Shown here: in pieces, positions 32,567 through 42,321 of the stretch | Position numbering within the stretch: position 1 is the first letter of the stretch | How the letters are laid out: every line of letters begins with the position of its first letter | Assembly (NCBI GenBank): GCA_965261545.1 | Contig: CBDHDF010000002.1 | Span: 416,001 to 480,000 of the forward strand | Direction of reading: 5' to 3' | DNA: 64,000 bases | DNA from: Bdellovibrionales bacterium | GTDB taxonomy: Bacteria; Bdellovibrionota; Bdellovibrionia; Bdellovibrionales; UBA1609 | Position numbers and translations under genes: made by a program | Notes under the pieces: model-generated | What the model was told of the DNA's origin: nothing | Seen by the model: only the letters and a program-made list of their open reading frames with translations | The model's database searches: none

Positions 32567-33085
32567 ATGAAAGATTTTATTAACAAGGAAATATTAGCCA
32601 AAGAAGATGTTTCTTACAAAAAAGGGGTTACTATCAAAAAAGTCTCTCCGAGGAAGAAGAAAGTGGTTCCAGGCACTGTGTCCATTCGCATAGCAAGTAG
32701 TACGGGACGAACTCGGACAATGGTCAATCAACTGAACAAAAAAACAATGGGTCGGCAGGTGATTGTTGATGATGTGCTTTTTAAATCTCTAAATTTACTC
32801 AAAGATGAGCACCTAGATGAAATAAAAAGATCAACCTATTCAGGTGATGACCTCTTAAACCTAAAGCATAAAGAGTATTGTGAGCTTCATGGGCATATCA
32901 CAAAAGAGAAATTCCTAAAAATACTATTTGAGATAGAGCTTCCTAGTGTTGGGAATGAAGGCATACCAGGGGCAAGTGCAGGTGTAAGTGCAAATACGGC
33001 CACAAATGTAGGTATCAATGTATGTGCAGATACCAGGCAAGAAATTTCAGACCCAAACGAAGCTGAAAGGGCCTCCTGCAAGTAA
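32567..33085 (+). CDS. Hypothetical protein of the integrative element
   Basis: 172-aa ORF with a GGAGG ribosome-binding site. Confidence 0.55.
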   Translation: MKDFINKEILAKEDVSYKKGVTIKKVSPRKKKVVPGTVSIRIASSTGRTRTMVNQLNKKTMGRQVIVDDVLFKSLNLLKDEHLDEIKRSTYSGDDLLNLKHKEYCELHGHITKEKFLKILFEIELPSVGNEGIPGASAGVSANTATNVGINVCADTRQEISDPNEAERASCK

Positions 33086-33145
33086 TTTTAGGCCTCTTTT
33101 AGAACACGATTGCACTATTTTTCTATGGACTTGACGGGAGAAAAC

Positions 33146-33442
33146 ATGTTTAATAAAGATAAGAAATGTAACAATATTGTCAATATGGCTTTTGAGCCCA
33201 TTGGCGAAGAAAGTAAGCTCTTTGACAAAAGAATAGAAATCATTATTGCATTAAACCATCATGTGTTTAATGAAAAGGAAGCAGATTTTTACTGCCGTTG
33301 TAGTGTGGACAGCATACGCTACCATGCTTTGCGGTCTAGAAAGCTGACATTCTGCGATTTTAGTAAGGAGGGATTGGTTTTTCTTAAAGCCGACCTTGAT
33401 TCATTCCTGCATCAATCTAGAAAGCAGGTTTGTCGGGTCTAA
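33146..33442 (+). CDS. Excisionase-like helix-turn-helix protein
   Basis: FNEKEA..YC.CS..SIRY......KL.......LVF.KADLD.FL pattern; directly upstream of the integrase. Confidence 0.55.
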   Translation: MFNKDKKCNNIVNMAFEPIGEESKLFDKRIEIIIALNHHVFNEKEADFYCRCSVDSIRYHALRSRKLTFCDFSKEGLVFLKADLDSFLHQSRKQVCRV

Positions 33443-33454
33443 TGGAGGAAGACT

Positions 33455-35057
33455 ATGACTGAATTATTTAAAATCGATGTACCCGATGAGTATGCCCCCA
33501 ATGTTTATATATATAAACGAGAAAGGGGTTGGTGCTGGAAGTTTAAATTACCTGACAGCAAGTGGTTTTATGGTTTTATCTCAACTGATGAAACAGCAGC
33601 GAGGAGAAGTGCCAAGAAAAAAGAGAAGCAACTCGCCAAGGGTCTGTTTACTCAAGAGGAGTTGAATAAAGTTTACAAAAACGCACATCAAGCTTTAACT
33701 TTTGATGTAGCGATTAAGGAATACATTGATCACCTCAAATTGGAAGGCGCTTCACCAAACTACTATAAGTCTTTAGAGGTCGATTTGCGATCTACAGCTT
33801 CTTTTTTTGAAAAAGAGGGGGTGAAGGTTGTATATAAATTGACTGAAGAGAACGCTTATAGCTTTCGCAAACATCTTCTTACAAGGATCAAGAACAAAAA
33901 GATGGCTAAGGTCACAGGTTTTCGACAACTGAACGATGTCAAACGGTTGTTCAAGTGGCTCAGAAAGCGGAAGAAAATTCCATTAAATCCTTGGTTAGAA
34001 ATTGATCCCATTTCAGTGTCAAAGGAGGAGAAGTCCCGAAATGTGATCCCTCCCATATATATTCTTCCTCAGCTATTATCTGCCAACTATCAACATCACT
34101 ATGCTTTCCCCATTAAGGAATTTGCCTATGGTCTTTTTCGTACTGGAGCAAGAAAGGATGAGTTGTTGTTTCTAGAGGTAGATGACGTGAATTGGTCCAA
34201 TGGTCATTGGCTTATTCGACCGAAAGAGTGCCCAACTCAACATGGGGGGCGGTGGTCTCCGAAGTACGGCAAAGTGAGGGAGGCTATGATTCCCTCCGAT
34301 GTTCTGGAGATGTTGAAGCCATTGGTGGAAAGAGCCATGAATCATAGAGTTGTTGGTTATGGGTGTGCTAATAATATACTGTAGAAATTACCGTCCTTTA
34401 GTCTAACTTAATACTATCAGTTTAAGAAGAATCTACCCACAAGATTGACTCTGCAAGTGCTTTGTATTGAACTTTTAAGGGATTGATGAAAATTTTAAGG
34501 CCTTAAACCGACAGTGTCGAGCTCAACCTATGACTAAATGCTGATTGAAGAGGGCACAAATTGACGCTGTGGGTATATAATCTACAGTATATCGTTAGCA
34601 CACCCTTGGTTATACTCCCAATGAAAAGGGCCTCAAGGTTCCCAAGGATGCACGATTTATTTTTACAATGGTCGATCGTCAGTTATCCAAGGGGAAATCA
34701 AGCCCTATTTATAGAAGAGTTGACTCAGTTCGTGGAGCTTGGGGAGCTTTGTTTGTTGCAGCAGGTTTAGTCAAACCCGAAGAAAGCTCAAGTCCATCAA
34801 CGAGGAAGTATAAGAATGGCACTAAATTAAGGAAAGATGTCAAAGTGGCATATACACGACACGATATGCGACGAGGTTTTAATTTGGCCGCAAAAGAAGC
34901 AGGTATGTCTCTGGATGACAGAGATTTGCTTCTCGGTCATGGTCGCAATGTGAATGAAAGTCACTATGGCGGAAAACCTGAATTGGATGCCGAAAAAATC
35001 TCTGAGATACTGCATAACAAGATGTGGTCTCTTGAGAAAGTTCCTAGGGATGAATAG
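33455..35057 (+). pseudogene. Tyrosine integrase (~449 aa) split by a MITE
   Basis: TGARKDEL, RHDMRR, LLGH, HY; removing 34361-34613 joins ...VVGY|TPNEK... in frame. Confidence 0.9.
34361..34605. mobile_element. MITE (~245 bp), copy 2
   Basis: Same terminal repeats as 4619-4862, inverted; 8-bp duplication TTGGTTAT. Confidence 0.92.
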
Positions 35058-35204
35058 AAGATGTGGATTTTGTGTGTACAATTGCGCGTATTGCCCGCAC
35101 TGGTTGCACCCATTACCCTCACTTTCCCTATTTCAATGCGTCATTGATGATTTTCCTTCCCATTTCTGGGGAAAATTTTAGTTAATTTGTAATCCTATTT
35201 CTTC

Positions 35205-35957
35205 CTATTTTAGGGAAAAGTCCTGGTCAAGTTTTGTTCCCTGGATTTTTCGATAACTCTCTCCTTTAAGTAAAATTTTTATGGCGGTATGCTTCAAACG
35301 GTCGATGATAGTATCTGCCAGCACCTCATCATCAATAATTTCTGACCAATGCGTTATTGGCAGTTGAGTGGTAATAACGGTGGACCTATCGGAACGAAAC
35401 TTTAAAATATCGCAGAAGTCTGTGGATTCACTTTGGGAGAACTTCCTTAATCCAAAGTCATCAAAAATTAACACTTGGGGGCGGCCCAGACGACGCAAGT
35501 AGTTCAAATACCTTCCTGAGTGCCTTTCCAGGGCCAAGGTTTCTAGAAATATGTTGATGTCTATAAACAGTGTGGAGATTCTGGATTGACAACACTGGTG
35601 TCCCAGGCTCTGGGCCAAGAAGGTTTTACCCACCCCCGTTGGCCCTTCGACAATGATAGACCTTTGCTCCTTAACCCATGATAAAGTTTGAAGCCTATCC
35701 ACCTCTCTTTTACTAATAGACCTTTTGGCATGGTGGTCAAATGCCTCACCTCTGACCTTGTGAGGCAGCTTTGAGGTCTTGAGAAGTCTTTGGCTGAATT
35801 GGATTTTCCGAGCCTCCACTTCTGCAAATAACAGCTCGTTCAATAGATCCAATGCTTGAGTCTTGTGGCTTGTGTTATCCAGCGCCACTTCAAGGCTGTC
35901 TAACATTCCATAGAGCTTCAACTCATGCATGTGGTTTTTGATTTGTACTTCATCCAT
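35205..35957 (-). CDS. istB: IS21 helper ATPase IstB
   Basis: GPTGVGKT, LIFDDFG, TTQLP..HW, IIDRL, GESYR. Confidence 0.95.
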   Translation of the reverse strand: MDEVQIKNHMHELKLYGMLDSLEVALDNTSHKTQALDLLNELLFAEVEARKIQFSQRLLKTSKLPHKVRGEAFDHHAKRSISKREVDRLQTLSWVKEQRSIIVEGPTGVGKTFLAQSLGHQCCQSRISTLFIDINIFLETLALERHSGRYLNYLRRLGRPQVLIFDDFGLRKFSQSESTDFCDILKFRSDRSTVITTQLPITHWSEIIDDEVLADTIIDRLKHTAIKILLKGESYRKIQGTKLDQDFSLK

Positions 35958-37473
35958 CTGGCACCTCCTTGGGGCTTTGGTTATTTGGATTTTCGTTATG
36001 TCGCAAATAAGGGTTGCCTTGTTTACGATCTATTTTCTCGTTCACCTTTTTTATTTTTTGCCCTTTATAGAAATGGAGTTGTTGCTGAAAATATCTAACC
36101 CTCCTTTTCTCCCACTGCTTGCAGTCCTCAAGGGCTTTGATAATGAGAGGAAGGGACTTTTCCTTGCCCTCTTTCTGGATTTCTTTGTGACAGGAGCTTA
36201 CAAAGCCCATAGCTCTTCTGAGATTTTCAATGGTCCCACCCTGAAAAAGCTCCTCAATGAAGTTTTCAAGCTCTTTACAAATCATACTTGCTTGAATAAG
36301 AATGTTCTGGGGAGTGGCCTCCTTGTAGGCGCGACTGGGCTCCGGGAGGTGTTCGTTTTTGGTGATGTACTCTCCGAGTTTACCTTTGGTCCTCTTGTGG
36401 CGAGCGAGGAGCTGTTTTTGAAAGTAAATCTCCACACTCTCCACTCCAATTTTTACATCTACATACTCCCCTCGGTGCTGAAACGGAGCCGAGTAGAAGT
36501 TGGATTCAACGCTCACATGACAGTCTTGGTGGAGTTTTTTCTTCTCCCAACGTCCCCACCGGTAGGGAAAAGAAGGCAAGGGTTTTAAAGTTTTTACCTC
36601 TCGTTGAAATTTTTCATTGCGAGAGACCTTAAATCTTGTGTGAGGGCGAGCATTTATCTTCTCGCACACCTCCCTTAAAGCCTTATTAATTTGATCCAGA
36701 CTGGTGAAGGTCTCTCGTCTGTACATAAACCTGAGGGCCCTTGTAACGAGCTTCACGGCATTCTCAGTAAGGCTTTTATCCTGGGGACGACGAACTCGAG
36801 CGGGAACAGCCACCGTGTCATAGTGTTCCAAAAGCTCTTGGTAGGATTTATTCAACTCTGGATCATACAAATGGGGTGTGTTCACTCCAGTCTTTAAATT
36901 ATCAGGAACAACCACTCTCGGAACCCCACCGTAATATTCAAACATCAGAACGTGAGCGTGAAGAAAATCTTCACTAGATTCGCTCAAAGAGCCATAAGCA
37001 AAAATACGCTGAGAGAAACATAGATTTGAGCAAAATATATGGGCCTTATGAATATTAAGGTCTTCATCGATCCACTCTGGCTGAAATCCTGCGTAATCAA
37101 CCTCAACTTGGTGGCCTGGCTGAAAATCACGCAAGGTAATAATCCTTTTGCCAGCTTTTGGAAATTGCTTATGAAACTCCCTCGTAAACTGGGGGTAGCT
37201 AATGACCTTCAGAAATTTTTCCTCCCAAACGTCACTTAAACAATGCCTATCCTCAATCTCCTTCTCAATAATCTTCCAATCTATACCGTAAGACCAAGGG
37301 GGAATTTCTCTTTGGGTCTTCCAATCCTTGGGGTCTGTTAAAAGACCACGTCTTATCTTTCTAAGAGTCTTGGTGCAGCATTTCATGCGGCGACTGATTT
37401 CTCGGTCGGGAATATTTGCCTTTATTAATGATTTTATTTTTGTGTAACGCTCATGATCCATCTTTGTTCTCAT
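35950..37473 (-). CDS. istA: IS21 transposase IstA
   Basis: EVDYAG, YYGGVP..VVPDNLKT, PARVRRPQDK...EN.V, NFYSAP. Confidence 0.95.
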   Translation of the reverse strand: MRTKMDHERYTKIKSLIKANIPDREISRRMKCCTKTLRKIRRGLLTDPKDWKTQREIPPWSYGIDWKIIEKEIEDRHCLSDVWEEKFLKVISYPQFTREFHKQFPKAGKRIITLRDFQPGHQVEVDYAGFQPEWIDEDLNIHKAHIFCSNLCFSQRIFAYGSLSESSEDFLHAHVLMFEYYGGVPRVVVPDNLKTGVNTPHLYDPELNKSYQELLEHYDTVAVPARVRRPQDKSLTENAVKLVTRALRFMYRRETFTSLDQINKALREVCEKINARPHTRFKVSRNEKFQREVKTLKPLPSFPYRWGRWEKKKLHQDCHVSVESNFYSAPFQHRGEYVDVKIGVESVEIYFQKQLLARHKRTKGKLGEYITKNEHLPEPSRAYKEATPQNILIQASMICKELENFIEELFQGGTIENLRRAMGFVSSCHKEIQKEGKEKSLPLIIKALEDCKQWEKRRVRYFQQQLHFYKGQKIKKVNEKIDRKQGNPYLRHNENPNNQSPKEVPDG

Positions 37474-37554
37474 TTCGACCTCCTTGGTTAAAGATTGGAG
37501 GTCTTTATAGAACATCAATGACGCTATGCTAAGGGGAATCAGTCATGCCAATCA

Positions 37555-37663
37555 GTGCGGGCAATGCCATGCAACTGGTGCGGGCAATGCCATGCAACTG
37601 GTGCGGGCAATGCCATGCAACTGGTGAGGGTAATGCCATGCAACTGGTGAGGGTAATGCCATG
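37555..37663. repeat. 23-bp tandem repeats of the IS21 left end (part before the intron)
   Basis: GTG(C/A)GGG(C/T)AATGCCATGCAACTG x4 plus a partial unit; the array resumes at 41513-41568. Confidence 0.9.
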
Positions 37664-38016
37664 GTTCGCCGGGCGAACTGAGATAAGATAGGGGGTTAGA
37701 GTCCCCCGAGAGGAAGGTCAACCGACCACTTCTCTCCCCAAGCCGTGCGCTGTCGGCCGTGAGGCCGAAGCGATGTATCGGTAGGGGTGTGTGTGGGCCA
37801 AATAATTGAGCGTCGAAAATGCCGAACTCTGGAGTGCGGAGGCTGTCATGGTAGCCGAACGCAACATACCCACCAGCGCTATGGTGAGTTGGTGGGTGAC
37901 TCCACGGCGTCGTAGAAACTGGCACATACATGAATCTTATCTCGGGACCTCGGGAGGTCTTTATTTAACCCCGTCATGTGCGACGGGCGACATGGGAAAG
38001 GAGGTAACCGTAACCC

Positions 38017-38381
38017 ATGAACGAAATAAAGAAATCGGATCCACTCATAGTAGCGATGAAGAGGACGAACAAAGGGCCTACAAGCCCAGCGGAGTCCTTG
38101 GAGCGAAGGGGTGGAACTGAAGGGAACTCAATCCGTCAAAGCATCTGCCGAACACAGAGTTGGGAAAAGGTGTCACAGGCGACGGAGCGAGTCCGTATAG
38201 CAGCAAAGAGAAAGGATGGTAAGCTCACTTGCTTGCTTCACCATGTATCTGTGGAAGCCCTCCACTTGGCTTACCTCTATTTGAATAGGGGAGCCAGTGC
38301 GGGAGTGGACCATTTAACATGGAAGGAGTATGGCGAGAACCTCGTGCAAAACCTGTTCGATTTACATCGTCGGGTCCACAC
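38017..38381 (+). pseudogene. ltrA: Intron RT, N-terminal part upstream of the LSR insertion
   Basis: LT.LLHHVS...L..AY..L...A.AGVD..TW.EY...L..L.DLH.RVHT. Confidence 0.88.
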
Positions 38382-39996
38382 TACTCCCCGGACACAATGG
38401 CAAACTTTTGGAGGTTGGCACAACGTGTCGAACTACAATTTCACTTGCCTTAATGTTCACCTCAACCTCCTTCACCAGTAGCCTTACAATCTCCTTTTTT
38501 TGCTCAAAACTCAATACCTTTAAATTGGCACTCACTTTTTTTTGGAATTCTTGGAGTTGATCTACAAGCTGTAGTTGTTGTCCTTCTTGCCTTTGCTCAT
38601 ACTCTAAAGATTGCTTTTCATTTTCAAGTTGCTTTATTTTTCCTCTTATTTTTTTTAATCGTGACTCTATTTCTGATAGATTTAGAGTTCCATTTTGATA
38701 AAGATCCAAGAGACGTTCCTTTTCATGTGTTATTTGACGAATCTCCTGAGCCTTTTTTACAATTAATTTTTCCAATGATTGTTGTTCACCTTTTTGCTCA
38801 TGAATTCTACTTGTATACTCATCTATAACTGTCTGCGGATTTTCAAGTAATTTAACTGTTTGTTCCCAAACTAAGTCATCTAAAACTTCAACTCTTACGG
38901 GATGAGATGAGCAAACTCTACCTTTAGCTGGCCACCTATAACCATCTTGTCCCATGCAGCGATAATAACAAAGCTTATACCTTGAGTGAGAAGCAGGTTT
39001 GCCATAGATCGAATAACCACACTCTTTGCATCGTAAAAGACCACTTAACAAATACTCATATTTTTTATTATTCCGAGAGGAAAGTTTTTTGTTAGCTTCC
39101 AATTGGCTGGACGCATCTTGAAAAGTTTTTGAAGAAATTATAGATGGAACGGGAATATATATCCAATCCTTTTTATTTCGATTGGAAGAACTTGATTTAT
39201 GTTTTTTTGGATAAAAATTATTGTCTCTTGCGAACTTGGTTGGACGCAACCTTTCTACCTTGATAGTCTTTCTAAAAGCAGCTTGTCCATAATAAGCGGG
39301 ATTTTTAAGCATACACAAGATAGTTGAACGCCCCCAAATACCTTGTTGTCTTCTAGTAGGCACCCCCCTTATATTTAATTCCTTTGCAATTGCTCTAATA
39401 CTTAGTTTGTTTCGGCAATACATTTGAAAAATATTTTTAACAACTTTAGACTCTTCTGGATGGATTTCATATCGTGCGTCAGCGGAGTCTGTTTTCAGAA
39501 TATATATATAACCATAGGGGGCTCCACATAAAACGCTAACAAAGCCCTTAGAAGCCTTTTGAAGTTTACCCCTTCGACTTCTTTCCATAATTTTTTCTCT
39601 TTCATATTCTGAAATGACTCCTTGTATTTGTAGCAAAAGCTGATCTTCGGGTGAATTTGTAATATCTCTATTAGAAAAAATAATTTCAACACCTAGCCTC
39701 TGAAATTCTTCAATTAGAATCAATTGATGGGCATATTTACGAGCTAATCTGTCTGGACATAACACAAGTACCTTTGTAACCTCCCCAGAAAAAGCTTTGT
39801 CGCGAAGAGAGTCTAAAGCAGGACGAACAAGGGTGGCGCCACTCACACCATTATCCATAAATATAAGATCCTCCTCTACACAAAAATTGTGTTCCTTAGC
39901 GAAATCGTGAAGACTAGAAATCTGTGAATCAATGGTTCCCTCTTGAGCTTGTTTATCTGAGGACACTCGACAATAAAGAGCTACTGATGTTTCCAT
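38362..39996 (-). CDS. Large serine recombinase (resolvase, recombinase, zinc ribbon, coiled coil)
   Basis: YCRVSS..Q, D.GVSG...RP.L, DRLAR, EYERE.I.ER, APYGY, YLLSGLLRCKECG, YYRC; the stop codon lies in intron sequence. Confidence 0.95.
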   Translation of the reverse strand: METSVALYCRVSSDKQAQEGTIDSQISSLHDFAKEHNFCVEEDLIFMDNGVSGATLVRPALDSLRDKAFSGEVTKVLVLCPDRLARKYAHQLILIEEFQRLGVEIIFSNRDITNSPEDQLLLQIQGVISEYEREKIMERSRRGKLQKASKGFVSVLCGAPYGYIYILKTDSADARYEIHPEESKVVKNIFQMYCRNKLSIRAIAKELNIRGVPTRRQQGIWGRSTILCMLKNPAYYGQAAFRKTIKVERLRPTKFARDNNFYPKKHKSSSSNRNKKDWIYIPVPSIISSKTFQDASSQLEANKKLSSRNNKKYEYLLSGLLRCKECGYSIYGKPASHSRYKLCYYRCMGQDGYRWPAKGRVCSSHPVRVEVLDDLVWEQTVKLLENPQTVIDEYTSRIHEQKGEQQSLEKLIVKKAQEIRQITHEKERLLDLYQNGTLNLSEIESRLKKIRGKIKQLENEKQSLEYEQRQEGQQLQLVDQLQEFQKKVSANLKVLSFEQKKEIVRLLVKEVEVNIKASEIVVRHVVPTSKSLPLCPGSSVDPTM

Positions 39997-40321
39997 TTTT
40001 AACCTCCATTATTTTCTGTTGTTTTACTTTCTGCTTTAATTGTTTCTTTATTTTTGGAACAACAACTTCGTATGTCTGTTGAATCCGTGTGGTTTGGTCG
40101 CTTTGATAGACACTTTTTAGCTGAGCTGTCCATGGATTTTGATGTTTTGTTTGGTGGGCCATTATCATTCCTTTGACTATGGTTCGAAGCTAAATGGGAA
40201 GAATCCTCAGGTGGATGCCAACGATAGTGAGCATATTTACGACCACTTGCATAAAGTGAATGATTATATATATTTATGGAAATTTCAATGGAAAAGTTGT
40301 CTATTGTGTCCGAGGAGTAAC
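38382..40321 (-). mobile_element. LSR integrative element, copy 2 (complete, 1,940 bp)
   Basis: Inverted arms TACTCCCCGGACACAATGG / CTATTGTGTCCGAGGAGTA; AC dinucleotide at both junctions (38380-81, 40320-21). Confidence 0.92.
39953..40162 (-). CDS. Small ORF overlapping the LSR start (candidate directionality or regulatory factor)
   Basis: 69 aa, AAAGGA ribosome-binding site, basic C-terminus. Confidence 0.5.
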   Translation of the reverse strand: MAHQTKHQNPWTAQLKSVYQSDQTTRIQQTYEVVVPKIKKQLKQKVKQQKIMEVKNGNISSSLLSSVLR

Positions 40322-41440
40322 GGGTGCTTACAAAGGGCAACCTGTCTTGCGGGTAGAAATACCCAAGTCAGACGGGGGCACAAGACCCTTGGGTGTCCTG
40401 GCCTGGAGGACAAGATTGTCCAGAAGGCCGTTGTAGACAGCATCCTCTCTCCCATCTACGAGGAACATTTCCTCGGTTATAGCTACGGATTCCGTCCAGG
40501 GCGTGGAGCGCATAATGCGTTGGATGCTCTGGCTTACGGAATAGAGCGTAGAAAGATCAGCTACATATTGGATGCGGATATAAAATCCTACTTCGATAGC
40601 GTGGATAGAAAGACTCTAATTCGCTTTCTAAAACACCTCATCGGAGATGAGAGACTCATTCGTCTCTTTGAAAAGTGGCTCAAGTGCGGAGTGCTATCTC
40701 AAGGCGTCTTAGAAGACACAGGGAGAGGGACCGTTCAAGGTTCAAATATTTCCCCTATCTTCGCCAACATATATTTACATTATGTGTTGGATTTATGGAT
40801 GCAGAAATGGCGCAAGGACCATGCCACAGGGGACATGATATTTGTTCGCTACGCCGATGACTTTGTCGTAGGCTTTCAATACAAGGGGGAAGCTGAACGC
40901 TTCCTCAATGATCTGAAGCGCAGGCTTAAGGAGTTTTCTCTAGAAATACATCCGGGGAAAACTCGCCTCATAGAGTTCGGTCGATTTGCAAATGCAAATT
41001 GCCGCCGACGAGGTCTTGGTCACTCCGAGACTTTTGATTTCTTAGGATTCACTCACTTTTGTGTGCGCACGAGGAAAGGAGGCTTTAGGATAGGGCGTAA
41101 ACCCATATCCAAGAGAGTCTGCCGGACCTTACAGCACCTGAAGCTGAGTCTGAGAAAACGAGTCTACACGAGGGACCTAGCGGAATGTGCAAAGTGGTTG
41201 GGTTTGGTCATCAAAGGCTGGCTCAATTATTTTGCGGTTCCAGGAAGTACGGTGTACCTACGAAAATTTATTTGCGCAATCAGGAGTGCTTGGATGAAAG
41301 CCATCCGACGACGCTCACAGCGTGGACGGAGATTCTCGTGGAAGAGGTTGGATAGAATGATTCGTCTATTCTGGCCTCGTATATCCATACGCCACCCGTG
41401 GCCAACAGATAGGTTCGCTATGCGGTACCACCTGAAGTAG
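40322..41440 (+). pseudogene. ltrA: Intron RT/maturase, C-terminal part (1-nt deletion near 40404 relative to copy 1)
   Basis: GAYKGQP...IPKSDG, RYADD, domain X. Confidence 0.9.
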
Positions 41441-41573
41441 GAGCCGGATGCTTTAACGAGCACGTCCGGATCTGTGCGGGGGGTGCGTGGCAACACGCAT
41501 TCCTACCGTAACCAACTGGTGAGGGTAATGTCATGCAATCGGTGAGGGCAATGCCATGCAATTTTACATTTTG

Positions 41574-41626
41574 TGGTGCCCCGGGCCAGACTTGAACTGG
41601 CACATCCGGCAAAGGATCCAGGATTT
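41574..41626 (-). repeat. tRNA-Leu 3' fragment (att site)
   Basis: 53-bp direct repeat of 42322-42374 with 1 mismatch; ends in the anticodon loop. Confidence 0.88.
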
Positions 41627-41633
41627 GTTATGC

Positions 41634-41972
41634 TTAGGTGTCCAATAGCTCATTAACCTCTTTTACCAGTTTGGAGAGGCTGTTTTCAATAACTCCCCAA
41701 ACTGTCCAGTTGTTAACTTCGGCATAGCCATGTATGAGAATATTCCTAAAGGCAATAATATGCTGATAATGACTAATTTTGGAGGTTAGTTGGGGATTAA
41801 CTTTTGCAAGCTGGGCGATGGCTTCTCCAATGATTTCAAGCTGACGCTCTGTCGCAGAACGTAAGAGAATATCACTTTGATAGTCTTCAAAGGTTTTGCC
41901 TGAAGTAAATTGTTTTACAAACTCTATAGCTTTTTGGATGTCATAAAGGTATTTTTTTTCTTTAAGCCGCAT
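41634..41972 (-). CDS. HEPN (DUF86/HepT-like) RNase toxin
   Basis: ATERQLEIIGEA, RNILIHGY (R-X4-H-X-Y). Confidence 0.9.
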   Translation of the reverse strand: MRLKEKKYLYDIQKAIEFVKQFTSGKTFEDYQSDILLRSATERQLEIIGEAIAQLAKVNPQLTSKISHYQHIIAFRNILIHGYAEVNNWTVWGVIENSLSKLVKEVNELLDT

Positions 41973-42264
41973 AGATAGGTTTTCTCGTTTCATCGACACT
42001 TTGTCGAAAAAAGGGATTTGTAATAGCTACGTCTTCAACAAGATCTATGTGACAGCCGAAAAGCTGTTTCAAATCTTCAAGGAGATTAAAATAGGCTTTT
42101 GCATGTTCTCCTGGAGGAAGGCTTTGAAATTCGACGAGAAAATCTAAGTCATTGGGCTTTAGGCTTCCTGTAGCTGCTGATCCGAATATGTCGAGTGTTA
42201 CGACGTGGTAGTGGATACAGAGTTCTTGGATATCTTTGACCTTTTCTTTTACGAACGGGGACAT
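41962..42264 (-). CDS. MNT minimal nucleotidyltransferase antitoxin
   Basis: IFGSAATG.....DLDFLVEF, LFG..IDLV, NPFF. Confidence 0.9.
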   Translation of the reverse strand: MSPFVKEKVKDIQELCIHYHVVTLDIFGSAATGSLKPNDLDFLVEFQSLPPGEHAKAYFNLLEDLKQLFGCHIDLVEDVAITNPFFRQSVDETRKPIYAA

Positions 42265-42321
42265 AGGCTCCTTTTCTAGTAAGAGCTTCATTTTGCTTTA
42301 TATAGAAAAAGTGAAACCCTG

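Larger units (their letters stand above)
37664..41512 (+). mobile_element. Group II intron copy 2 (complete; 1,909 bp without the LSR element; probably bacterial class E)
   Basis: Starts GTTCG and ends CCGTAAC; removing it restores the repeat GCCATG|CAACTG; domains V/VI at about 41440-41512; candidate EBS1 CATGG(T) at 37847-37852. Confidence 0.92.
35075..41568 (-). mobile_element. IS21-family element carrying the intron+LSR composite in its left end
   Basis: Ends TGTACAATTGC...ATTGCCC / GGGCAATGCCATGCAATTTTACA; 7-bp duplication TTTTGTG (35068-35074, 41569-41575). Confidence 0.92.

Noticed and set aside
37555..37663. 23-bp repeats as a CRISPR array
   Set aside because: The units are contiguous with no spacers, no cas genes are present, and they belong to the IS21 end defined by the TTTTGTG duplication
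38382..40319. LSR element as an invertible cassette or a DDE insertion sequence
   Set aside because: AC is in direct orientation at both junctions, which predicts excision; the inverted repeats fit attP half-sites and there is no DDE protein
38017..41440. RT plus recombinase as a retron, DGR or defence RT operon
   Set aside because: The RT has group II intron motifs with domains V/VI and exact exon junctions; the recombinase is an insertion on the opposite strand
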